Below, in pieces: positions 1-10,203 of a stretch of 64,000 nucleotides of DNA. The stretch comes from Thermodesulfobacteriota bacterium (GTDB lineage: Bacteria; Desulfobacterota_D; UBA1144; Nemesobacterales; Nemesobacteraceae). Every line of letters begins with the position of its first letter. Within the stretch, counting starts at the first letter, position 1. Under the pieces are notes generated by a model. The model saw only the letters and a list, made by a program, of their open reading frames with translations, ran no database searches and was not told where the DNA came from. The position numbers were made by a program, and so were the translations under genes. Where the stretch lies: NCBI GenBank assembly GCA_965207685.1, contig OZ242294.1:1494884-1558883 (forward strand), written 5' to 3'.

Positions 1-2
1 CA

Positions 3-1496
<1,494 letters not shown>

Positions 1497-1511
1497 CGGG
1501 AGATCTGAAAA

Positions 1512-1913
1512 TTGGCTGAAAAACTGCGACTCAAGATCATAACCCCGGAAAAGCTCGTGTTTGATGGCGAGGTCGAGGAACTGGTCGCCCCTGGCCAGAT
1601 GGGGGAATTCGGCGTTTTGCCAGGTCACGTGCCTTTTCTTTCCGTGCTCCATCCAGGAAGGCTCAGGTTTAAAACCGAAGAGTCAGGGGAAAACACGCTC
1701 ATAATCCACGGCGGCCTTGCGGATGTAAAGGATGATACCGTCAGTATTCTTACCGACCAGTCGGAGAGTCCCGAAGAGGTTGACGTTGCGGCAGCCAGAA
1801 AAGACGCTGAGGTTTTCCAGAAAGAACTTGACGAACTTCAGGACGCAGAAGCTTCGGAAAGAGAGGAACTTGATAAAAAGCTCAGGATAGCACGTGCTCG
1901 AACTGGGGAGTAG
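1512..1913 (+). CDS. atpC: F0F1 ATP synthase subunit epsilon
   Basis: IITPEK...GEFGVLPGH motif; directly follows atpD. Confidence 0.97.
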   Translation: MAEKLRLKIITPEKLVFDGEVEELVAPGQMGEFGVLPGHVPFLSVLHPGRLRFKTEESGENTLIIHGGLADVKDDTVSILTDQSESPEEVDVAAARKDAEVFQKELDELQDAEASEREELDKKLRIARARTGE

Positions 1914-1956
1914 CCTTTCTTCGGAGTTTGCCTTAACTACACTGACACTAAGCAGC

Positions 1957-4434
1957 CTAGTTACATTTTGAGAATCCGCATCCTCTGCAGGTAACACAGC
2001 CGGATTCAAATGCAAGAGCCTTGCTTCCGCAGTCCGGGCACTGCTCAAGCATAAGATCCATTGAAACCTTCTGGGTGCCTCCGTTTGCCTCCGCGACGGG
2101 ATTGGCTTCGTCGCTGGCTTTCTCTTTTGTTACGAAGTGGCTTCTCAGCACCTTCGCTATGGCGTCGGGGACGGACATTATGACCCTTCCCCCTGAAAAA
2201 ACTGGTGAGGAACCTCCAATGGCCTCCAGCTGTTCCACGACATCTCTGACATCAACCCCGGACCTCAGAGACAGAGATATCAGCCTTCCAGTTGCCTCGG
2301 CATCAGCCATCGTAGTAAATCCAGATTTTCCAATCTGGACGAAAACTTCAAACGGCTTGCCTTCGTAACTGTTGACAGTCACGTAGAGATTCCCGTACCC
2401 AGTTTTTATCGCCTCGGTAAAACCTTCCAGAACACGTGGCCTGGTGACAGGTTTCACCGTTTCTTTTTGAGGGGGATGAGGGGATGGTGTGAGGTTGGAG
2501 TGGGTGGTTGACATCCCTTCATCCCGGGGTGGAGAGCTTGTTTTTTCTTTAGCTTGTTCTTCCGTTATCAGTATTCCTTCTCTGGAGCCTTCCCTGTAGA
2601 CGGTTATCCCCTTGCAGCCCAGCTTCCAGGAGAGGAAATATATCTTCTCGACCTCTTCAAGGCTTATGTCCTTGGGGAGGTTAACGGTGCTTGATATGCA
2701 TGAATCTATGTGCTTTTGAATGGCGGCCTGCATGCGGACCCGCTGTTCCGGCTTTATCTCATGTGAGGTGACGAACGTGTCCGGAAGGTCCGCCTCATCA
2801 TCCAGCCCGAATTTCCCCATGTACTCGGAGACAAGAGGGTGGTAGACCTTGAATTCTTCTTCCGACAGGGATTCTGAGCGCCTTAGGTAGGACAGGGCGA
2901 ACATGGGCTCAACACCGCTTGTGGTTCCAGCGAGGACCGAGCCGCTTCCGACGGGCGGAACCGTGAGTATGCACGCGTTTCTAAGGCCCTGTTTTTTTAT
3001 CTTGCTCATCACGTTATCACGCATGGTTTTTACGAACGGGTTCGCGATGTGGGTCTTTAGGTCAAACACGGGGAAGGTCCCCTTTTCCTTGGCAAGGTCT
3101 GAGCTGGCCTCGTAAACTATGTTCTTTACATGCTCGAAAAGCTCGTCGGTGAATTTTATGCCTTCAGCCGTGTCATATTTTATGTTGAGCTTGGCAAGCA
3201 TGTCTCCCAGGCCCGTGAAACCGACCCCTATCCTTCTCGATCTTAAAGACGCTTTTGTCTGGAAGCTTAGAGGATGTTTCTCCATGTTGTAATCCAGTAT
3301 GTCGTCAAGGAACCTGACGCTGTATTGAAAAGCCTTCTCGAGTTTCTCCCATTCTATTGAGGCATCCTCCTCGAAAGCGTTTTTGACGAACATGGAAAGG
3401 TTCACGTTTCCGAGGCAGCAGTTTCCGTAGTCCTCAAGCGCCTGCTCGCTGCATGGATTCACGCCGTTTACTTCCATGTTGGCGTACTCAGTGGGTGAGT
3501 ATCTTTTAACTGTGTCCCAGAAAATAAGTCCGGGCTCGGCCGAGGACCATGCTGATTTAACCAGCTTGTCCCATATCTTGCGGGCCCGCACGGTTCTTTT
3601 TATTTCGGTTTTCTCGTTTGAGAAACTGAGTTCGTAGTCCGTGTCTTTTTCCACGGCCTCCATGAACTTGTCATCCACCTTCACCGAGATGTTGGCGAAC
3701 TGGACCTTTGATCTCGCCTCGTCATTTTTTATGTCGAGGAAGTCCATTATGTCGGGGTGATCGACTTTCATGGTTATCATGAGGGCCCCTCTTCTTCCCG
3801 CCTGTCCTATGGTCCCGGTCGTGGTGGAGAGGAGATCCATGAACGATACCGCTCCCGTCGAGTATATGGCCGAATTGTTTACCGGAGAGCCCTTCGGCCT
3901 CAGGATCGATATGTCGGTTCCAACTCCTCCGCCGAAAGAGTAAGTTCTGGCGGCCTCCTTGCACCACTCGAATATCCCCTCTATGGAGTCTTCCTTTATC
4001 GGCATGTAGTAGCAGTTAAGGAGGGTTGCCCTTCTTTTCTGACCGGCGCCGAAGAGGATTCTCCCTCCAGGGATGAACTTGAAATCGGAGAGGAGCCAGT
4101 AGAAGTTTTCCTCCCACTGTTTTCTCAGTTCCTTTTTTTCTTCGGGGGATGCTATTTCCTTGGCCACCCTTCGCCACATCTGCTCCGGAGTTTTCTCCGT
4201 TATCTCTCCTTTTGCGTCGCGAAGAGCGTATTTTTCATAGAAAACCCGGGCTCTAAGCTTGTCTCCGCCGAAGGCGTCAACTGTTTCCGCGGGAATATCT
4301 ATAGTGTCGCTTGGGGCTTTTACATGCTCCGGAGAGGGTTCTTGGATCTGAGTTTCTTGTTCATTGACGGCTGTAGTTTCATGATCAGATGTTCCATTCG
4401 CAACGATTTCGGGGGGGTTCTTATCTCCGGGCAC
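1957..4434 (-). CDS. nrdJ: Adenosylcobalamin-dependent (class II) ribonucleotide reductase with C-terminal TSCPD-like domain and Zn ribbon
   Basis: NPCSEQ active-site loop, GGRILFGAG, RRGALM, C-terminal CPDCG...CRGCGFSKC. Start moved to GTG at 4434 (AGGAGG 5 nt upstream) because the longer ORF start overlaps the NrdR box. Confidence 0.93.
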   Translation of the reverse strand: MPGDKNPPEIVANGTSDHETTAVNEQETQIQEPSPEHVKAPSDTIDIPAETVDAFGGDKLRARVFYEKYALRDAKGEITEKTPEQMWRRVAKEIASPEEKKELRKQWEENFYWLLSDFKFIPGGRILFGAGQKRRATLLNCYYMPIKEDSIEGIFEWCKEAARTYSFGGGVGTDISILRPKGSPVNNSAIYSTGAVSFMDLLSTTTGTIGQAGRRGALMITMKVDHPDIMDFLDIKNDEARSKVQFANISVKVDDKFMEAVEKDTDYELSFSNEKTEIKRTVRARKIWDKLVKSAWSSAEPGLIFWDTVKRYSPTEYANMEVNGVNPCSEQALEDYGNCCLGNVNLSMFVKNAFEEDASIEWEKLEKAFQYSVRFLDDILDYNMEKHPLSFQTKASLRSRRIGVGFTGLGDMLAKLNIKYDTAEGIKFTDELFEHVKNIVYEASSDLAKEKGTFPVFDLKTHIANPFVKTMRDNVMSKIKKQGLRNACILTVPPVGSGSVLAGTTSGVEPMFALSYLRRSESLSEEEFKVYHPLVSEYMGKFGLDDEADLPDTFVTSHEIKPEQRVRMQAAIQKHIDSCISSTVNLPKDISLEEVEKIYFLSWKLGCKGITVYREGSREGILITEEQAKEKTSSPPRDEGMSTTHSNLTPSPHPPQKETVKPVTRPRVLEGFTEAIKTGYGNLYVTVNSYEGKPFEVFVQIGKSGFTTMADAEATGRLISLSLRSGVDVRDVVEQLEAIGGSSPVFSGGRVIMSVPDAIAKVLRSHFVTKEKASDEANPVAEANGGTQKVSMDLMLEQCPDCGSKALAFESGCVTCRGCGFSKCN

Positions 4435-4521
4435 ACTCTCCTCCTTTTCTGTTCCGTATAAACATTTCCTTCCAGTCATGTACAAGACGTATTGCTTATC
4501 TTGTACGTAGAGTCTATTTAA

Positions 4522-4537
4522 ACACAATATATTGGGT
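4522..4537. promoter_or_regulatory. NrdR box upstream of nrdJ
   Basis: ACACAATATATTGGGT matches the acaCwAtATaTwGtgt consensus; adjacent to a minus-strand TTGACA (4540-4545). Confidence 0.8.
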
Positions 4538-4689
4538 ACTGTCAAGAAATTATTTCATTTTTGTTAAGAATGGATTAATCCGGTTTCTGGGAGAAGAAGC
4601 TGCTTGGTCCAAAATTTCAGTGAGATCAGACAAATAGCCTCGGATCATAAAGGTTTTTTGGGAACTTTCGTACTGTTAAAATTTTTTCC

Positions 4690-5035
4690 ATGAAGACTTG
4701 CGATTATCCTGTGCGAATCAGGCTTGCAGACTTTTACGTGGAATTGCTCTTGCGGGGATCTATTGCCAGATGTTTTCTTCCTTGGTCTTGTTTTTTGTTT
4801 CCCGAGAGCACATTAACTTAACTTCACGCTGCTTGGAATTTCTAGTACAAAATCGTTCCCCCACACTCACGGTCAGAACGGCATAGGTGCCGATACTGAC
4901 CGTGGCGCGACTGTGAACCGATATTAAGTTCTCAAGCTTCCGCATGCATACCGGTTCCAGTGGGGCAGGAGGAATGGAGTGAATTTCCCAGCTTTGTTTC
5001 TGGTAATCCAGTTGCGGTTATCCATCAGATTATTC
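4690..5035 (-). ncRNA. Candidate structured non-coding RNA or long leader (unassigned family)
   Basis: Lies downstream of a strong promoter; several hairpins (4868-4904, 4911-4960, 4745-4810); no convincing ORF. Confidence 0.35.
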
Positions 5036-5041
5036 TTCGAG

Positions 5042-5070
5042 ATTCTATAAAAACAGTCTATAGTTGTCAA
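5042..5070 (-). promoter_or_regulatory. sigma70 promoter divergent from tetR
   Basis: TTGACA-N17-TAGAAT on the minus strand. Confidence 0.75.
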
Positions 5071-5107
5071 GAGATTCTTAGGCAAATTATTGAATAATAC
5101 CAAGGTC

Positions 5108-5186
5108 ATACGGTCGACCAGTTCTAATTGGAAATAATATGGTCAACCAATTCTAATTGGAATAATTGGGATGACTGGTCCTATTT
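5108..5186. repeat. Three tandem ~28-29-bp imperfect repeats, probable TetR operator array
   Basis: ATACGGTCGACCAGTTCTAATTGGAAATA / ATATGGTCAACCAATTCTAATTGGAATA / ATTGGGATGACTGGTCCTATTT upstream of tetR. Confidence 0.65.
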
Positions 5187-5348
5187 AAAATTATTTGATT
5201 TAAAAAAAATATTGTGTAAATATATGCCTTCGTATCAGTTATTCCTTCATGTGCAGGTCTGTTTCTTTCTGTATGGAGAGAGTTTGTACATATTGGCAAA
5301 AGATGTTTAAGAAAAACCGTAGCGCACTCTTTAGGATGGTTAGGTTTT

Positions 5349-5933
5349 ATGAATAACAGAGAAAAATTAATAAATGTTGCTTCCCGGCTGCTTCACTCTC
5401 ATGGTTTTGAAGGAACTTCCATTGATATGATCATGAGAGAATCCGGTGTTTGCAGAAGCAATTTCTATTATTATTTTGAAAGCAAGGAAGCTCTTGGGCT
5501 GCTTGCGATTGAGAAAGCGGCTTCGGAGTTTGAAGAAAGAATGTTGTTGAAAACTCTCTTTAACAAAGACCTCAACCCTCTTGAACGTCTTGACGGCTTT
5601 TACAGGGAAGCAATTTCTCTTCAGCGGTCTCTTTTTTCAGATCCTCCTTACGCAGGCTGTTTTTTCGGGAATCTGGCCTTGGAGCAGAGCGGTATAAACG
5701 AGAAATTCCGTTCTGTTCTGAGTGATTATTTCAAGGGATGGAAAGGGTCTTTTGAACAATGTTTGAGAGACGGGGTGGAGCAGGGATTTTTCAGGGAAGA
5801 AATTGATCCGGAAGAAACGGCCGGCTTATTGATCTCTCAGATCGAAGGAGCAATACTCCTGTCGAAGGTCGACAATTCCATCGAACCGTTCGAGTCTGCC
5901 TGCGTAGCGATGAGAAGTCTGATCGTTAAGTAA
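5349..5933 (+). CDS. TetR/AcrR family regulator (NemR/LmrA-like)
   Basis: N-terminal HTH GFEGTSIDMI...FYYYFESKEAL; GCFFGNLALE motif. Confidence 0.93.
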   Translation: MNNREKLINVASRLLHSHGFEGTSIDMIMRESGVCRSNFYYYFESKEALGLLAIEKAASEFEERMLLKTLFNKDLNPLERLDGFYREAISLQRSLFSDPPYAGCFFGNLALEQSGINEKFRSVLSDYFKGWKGSFEQCLRDGVEQGFFREEIDPEETAGLLISQIEGAILLSKVDNSIEPFESACVAMRSLIVK

Positions 5934-6100
5934 TCATAACTAGCCTGCTCTGCGGACCTCGCGGGACGGCATTTCTGAAGTTTTAAAGAGAATTGACTAT
6001 CTTTTTATGTTGCGAAAAACGTATTTTTCGTAGAATACTCGATCTTTAATTTTTTCTCCGCAGGAATTTCTACAGTACCGTCTGCAGGTTTTACGGTTAA

Positions 6101-7864
6101 CTACTCCTCAATGAGAAATACGTTGTCGCTGATCTCTTCGTTTTCAATATCCGTATTTCTGCGGATAATATCGGCAAGAGTTGTTTCTTCCACTTCTCCC
6201 AATTCATCCCGCGAAAGGGTGCGTTCATGCCAGAAGCGATCACCGTCGCGCAATACCCTGAACTGACGGGAAACGATCGTGTGGAAAAGTTCGCCAAGCA
6301 TGGATTTGCCGTGGCGGTCTTCAGCGAGCCCCGCAACCCAGATATCCATATCGTCTGTCTTATCCGTACCGTCTTCATTGATTCCATAGGCTTCGCGAAG
6401 CCTTCTCTGCACTTCCGGATCTTCGGTTATATCGGAAAAACTTTCCTTCCGCTCAAGCCCGAGGGCTTCGCGCATGTCATTGTAGCTCGGCAATCCGTGG
6501 TCGCGACCGCGATGAATGTTCAGGCTGGCTAGGTCAAATCCTCGCAGCTGGGGGGTTCCTGTCGGTTGGTCGTCTACGAACAGGAAGTTTCTGACATCAT
6601 CAATAACGAACGCATCCACTCGCTGGTGCAGGTGGGCGGCAAACCCTCTGAGTATCGGTTCAATGCCAGCGTCGGTAATCTTTTCCGGCTTGAAGAAGGC
6701 ATCTCTTAATGGCAGCGCTTCAATTTCATTGCCTTCTGCGTCGACAAGTCGAATCTTTGGATCCAGCAATGTGTGTCCTACCCGGAAAGCGGCCGAGGAG
6801 AATACGTTGGCAATGCCTGAAGGAGTTGAATCATCATAATGAGAGTAAGGCGGGAGAGCATTGGACCCCAGCAGTACGGGCAGAAATTCATTGTAGGTAA
6901 TTGCCTGTATTTGGGCGCCGACTATCCGCCTAGCCCTCTGGTAGATTTCCTCGCCTGATAGACTGGGATTGTTCACGGCAATTTCCTCGGCAAGCCTGTT
7001 GTGCTCTCGCACAAAAAGTGTATGCAATGAAGTCAAGCCAATGTTCTCATTGGCCCGCTCATCCCCGGCGAGGAAAAAATCAGGACCCCGGAAACGAAAG
7101 TTAGGCAATCCTGACTCATTATAGGGCAGGAAGTTCCCAGGGGATGTTTTAAGCTTGCCCGATCCGTCGTTTGTTCGTAATGCGTTTGCGCGCTCTGCAT
7201 CGGAACCGTAAATGGTTGATGCGTCAATCCATCCGGTGATTTTATTTAGTTGCTGACGTGGGTTGTCTGTTGACGTGCCGGTGGCCGGATCGTTGATGGC
7301 ACGGTTAAAAAACATTTGGACTACACCGGTTCCTCCCGGATCAAAAATATCGTCCCCGGCCGGAATTTCGATGTTGGCCGGCTCTGCTCTGGACTCATCC
7401 GAAAAGGTAACGTCGTGATCCATGAACTGTCCCCACAACCAAACAAAATTAGTTGCCGAATCTGAATTTGGAATTAATTCATCCTGGTTGTTTACGATAT
7501 TGCTGATACTTCTGGGATTGGGGCGACCTGCCCCGGCAAAAGAACTGATCCCATCGCCGTAGGCGGGGGACGCAAGGCGAATCAGCTGAACACCGGCCTG
7601 ATTCATTTGTGGATACCTTAGATTGTTGCCGCTTCCGTCAATGGTTCTGTAAGGTTCACTGTCGGCTGACCCGCAGGAACTGACTATGGCTAGCATAGCA
7701 ATCGCAAGCAGAGAGCTGACCCCGAGGCTCAGCAGGGGCACCTGAGGGGGCCGGGGGCGCAGGCAGAGCAGTTGCTTTACGCTGTTTTTTACCTTACATA
7801 TCCCCACGCGCTCTTTGCTTGGTGGGTAGTTTTCTGATCTGACAAGTCTTCTGAGTTGTCTCAA
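6101..7864 (-). CDS. Animal-type heme peroxidase (peroxidase-cyclooxygenase superfamily), predicted lipoprotein
   Basis: YRTIDGSGNN, WGQFMDHD, GDERANE, AFRVGH, NIHRGRDHGL motifs; lipobox-like IVSSC; GGAGG before TTG start. Confidence 0.92.
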   Translation of the reverse strand: MRQLRRLVRSENYPPSKERVGICKVKNSVKQLLCLRPRPPQVPLLSLGVSSLLAIAMLAIVSSCGSADSEPYRTIDGSGNNLRYPQMNQAGVQLIRLASPAYGDGISSFAGAGRPNPRSISNIVNNQDELIPNSDSATNFVWLWGQFMDHDVTFSDESRAEPANIEIPAGDDIFDPGGTGVVQMFFNRAINDPATGTSTDNPRQQLNKITGWIDASTIYGSDAERANALRTNDGSGKLKTSPGNFLPYNESGLPNFRFRGPDFFLAGDERANENIGLTSLHTLFVREHNRLAEEIAVNNPSLSGEEIYQRARRIVGAQIQAITYNEFLPVLLGSNALPPYSHYDDSTPSGIANVFSSAAFRVGHTLLDPKIRLVDAEGNEIEALPLRDAFFKPEKITDAGIEPILRGFAAHLHQRVDAFVIDDVRNFLFVDDQPTGTPQLRGFDLASLNIHRGRDHGLPSYNDMREALGLERKESFSDITEDPEVQRRLREAYGINEDGTDKTDDMDIWVAGLAEDRHGKSMLGELFHTIVSRQFRVLRDGDRFWHERTLSRDELGEVEETTLADIIRRNTDIENEEISDNVFLIEE

Positions 7865-8371
7865 TGGGAACCTCCGGTTTAGTTATCCGTTCGTTGCGAA
7901 GATGCGATATTAAGTAGCGACTAATCCTGTAAGTAACGTTCACAAATCTGAAATTTTGGTTTTTCCAAACTGAACTCCACCGATTTATGATGAGAGAAAA
8001 TGGAGCTCAGGTTGATCGGTCGGATTTAGCTGTGCCGTGTTAAGTTTTGCTTCGCGTTAGTAGATCCGTTTTCAAGATTTTTTGTTCTGCCTGTTTGGTT
8101 TGTTTCCTACATTTGTTTTCACCTCGCCAAAGCTTTTTCCGTAAGTCTATTCTGCTAAAAATGAGGGTAATTCTTATCAAGAAAACGGGATCATGTCAAT
8201 GGTTTGAACGAGTCGATTCTAATATTTGAATTTTTCACTTTATTAGAAAAAAAGCCCACATGATTGCCGAAGCAAAGGTCTGTTCTTTGGGGTTCGCTTC
8301 GAATTGGATTTACTTTGGGCAGCAAGATGATTTCCGCGGGATACTGATTCCGCGTGGTATAATTTCTGGGC

Positions 8372-9007
8372 ATGAAAAAGGAAGTTTTGGCTACAGACGG
8401 AACCGAAGCAGTCTCCGAGGTGCTGGGTTTCTGGTTCGGCGAATTGCGCGAGGGAGAACTGCCGGATAAAGAGAAGCAGATGACTTGGTGGATGAAGTCG
8501 GAGGAGTTTGACGATCTGGTAAGACAGAGGTTCGAAAAATATGTCCTGCTTGCTGAAAAAGGGGAACTTTCCCACTGGCTCGAAACGCCCTTGGGCACCG
8601 TGGCGTTTATAATAGTTGTCGATCAGTTTCCAAGGAACATCTACCGCGACACCCCAGACGCTTTCTCAAGGGATGCCTTGGCACTCCGCACATGCCTTGA
8701 GGGTATTGAAAAAGGATTTGATCGGGACCTCCACCCAATGCACAGGGCGTTTTTCTACCTGCCGCTTATGCACTCGGAGAATCTGGAGATCCAGAGCCTG
8801 AGCGTTGAGAAATATTCCGCTCTTGAAAATGATTACTCCTCGCACCCCCAAATCAGGGAAACACTGGCCTGTTCCACGGATTTTGCGGAACGGCACTCTG
8901 ACATAATAAAAAGATTCGGAAGGTATCCTCACAGAAACGCAGTTTTGGGAAGGGAATCCACCCTGGAAGAAACCGAGTTTCTAAAAGAGCCCGGAAGTTC
9001 CTTCTGA
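8372..9007 (+). CDS. DUF924 family protein
   Basis: VLGFWF, DQFPRNIYR, FFYLPLMHSE, RFGRYPHRNAVLGR motifs. Confidence 0.9.
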   Translation: MKKEVLATDGTEAVSEVLGFWFGELREGELPDKEKQMTWWMKSEEFDDLVRQRFEKYVLLAEKGELSHWLETPLGTVAFIIVVDQFPRNIYRDTPDAFSRDALALRTCLEGIEKGFDRDLHPMHRAFFYLPLMHSENLEIQSLSVEKYSALENDYSSHPQIRETLACSTDFAERHSDIIKRFGRYPHRNAVLGRESTLEETEFLKEPGSSF

Positions 9008-9089
9008 TTCTTTCCTCCACCTTTTTGTTGTTTAAGGTCAAGCGAGCGGGTATCTATATGATGGCCGTACGTATGGGCGGTCGTATTTT

Positions 9090-10202
9090 TTGAACGAGGA
9101 GAACGTTAGATTGAATATTGAGGAAATACTCAGTCACACTTACTTGGGCAACCCCGTCGAAACGTGGCTCTGGGCACTCGGAGCGGCGATTGTTTTAGCA
9201 GTTGCTCTTAACTTTATTCTGAAAAGGCTTGTAAGGTCTTTTGCCGATTTTGCCGAGAAGACAGAAACCGATCTTGACGATCTGGTTTCGGCCCTTATAG
9301 AGAAAACCAGCATAGTGCTGATCATCATTTTCTCGGTCTACGTAGCGACCTTCTTCCTTGACCTCACACAACAGATAAGGGAATTACGAAAAAGCGTAAT
9401 AATTATCTGCCTTCTTGTTCAAGTCGGTTTATGGGGGAGCGGTTTCATTGATTATTACATTTCGAAGAAACTCGCTAATATCGGTGCTGGCGCCGGTGCC
9501 ACCGTAACGCACTTAAGAAGTCTCGGTTTTTTTGCGAAAGTGGTTCTCTGGGTAATTCTTGTAATTCTCACGATTGACAATCTGGGTTTTGACCCTACCA
9601 CGATAATCGCGGGACTTGGAGTCGGTGGTATAGCTGTAGCGCTTGCGCTCCAGAATGTTCTGGGCGACGTGATAGCCTCGCTTTCCATTATTTTCGACAA
9701 GCCTTTTGAGGTAGGGGATTTCATAGTGGTAGACGATATAATGGGGGATGTCGAGCACATAGGGCTTAAGACCACGCGCCTCAGGAGTCTTTCCGGCGAG
9801 CAGCTTGTTTTGTCAAATAACGACCTGCTTCAAAGCCGCATAAAAAACTACAAGAGGATGGACTCCCGCAGGATTAATTTTTCTTTAGGTGTGATTTACG
9901 AAACGTCCTACGATAACGTTGAGAAAATCCCCGGGCTGATAAAAGATATAATAGAGTCGGAAAAGAAAACGAGGTTCGTCAGGGCGCATTTCAGCAGTTA
10001 CGGTGATTTTGCCCTTAACTACGACATAGTCTATTTTGTCCTTAGTCCTTTATTTGATGATTATATGGATACACAGCAGAGAATTAACCTGAAGATATTC
10101 AAAAGGTTTTCCGAAGAGGGAATAGAGTTTGCTTATCCAACCCGGAAAGTTTTTCTTGATTCGGTAGAAGCTGCGTCGACTGGCGCAGGGGCAGGAGACT
10201 GA
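9090..10202 (+). CDS. Small-conductance mechanosensitive channel (MscS family)
   Basis: TM helices, GLGVGGIAVALALQ, DKPFEVGDFI, GIEFAYPT; start uncertain (9090 or 9111). Confidence 0.92.
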   Translation: MNEENVRLNIEEILSHTYLGNPVETWLWALGAAIVLAVALNFILKRLVRSFADFAEKTETDLDDLVSALIEKTSIVLIIIFSVYVATFFLDLTQQIRELRKSVIIICLLVQVGLWGSGFIDYYISKKLANIGAGAGATVTHLRSLGFFAKVVLWVILVILTIDNLGFDPTTIIAGLGVGGIAVALALQNVLGDVIASLSIIFDKPFEVGDFIVVDDIMGDVEHIGLKTTRLRSLSGEQLVLSNNDLLQSRIKNYKRMDSRRINFSLGVIYETSYDNVEKIPGLIKDIIESEKKTRFVRAHFSSYGDFALNYDIVYFVLSPLFDDYMDTQQRINLKIFKRFSEEGIEFAYPTRKVFLDSVEAASTGAGAGD

Positions 10203-10203
10203 G

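Noticed and set aside
4435-4545. N-terminal extension of nrdJ in the ORF track
   Set aside because: It overlaps the NrdR box and a TTGACA; a strong RBS supports GTG at 4434
4690-5035. CsrB/Rsm-type sRNA, tmRNA, RNase P RNA or cobalamin riboswitch
   Set aside because: Few ANGGA loop motifs, and I could not find the signature sequences of the other families
5108-5186. Possible mini-CRISPR array
   Set aside because: Repeats are contiguous without unique spacers, and no cas genes are present
4609-7959. 12-bp inverted repeat CCAAAATTTCAG / CTGAAATTTTGG flanking tetR and the peroxidase
   Set aside because: Short, AT-rich, does not extend, no target duplication or transposase; compatible with chance
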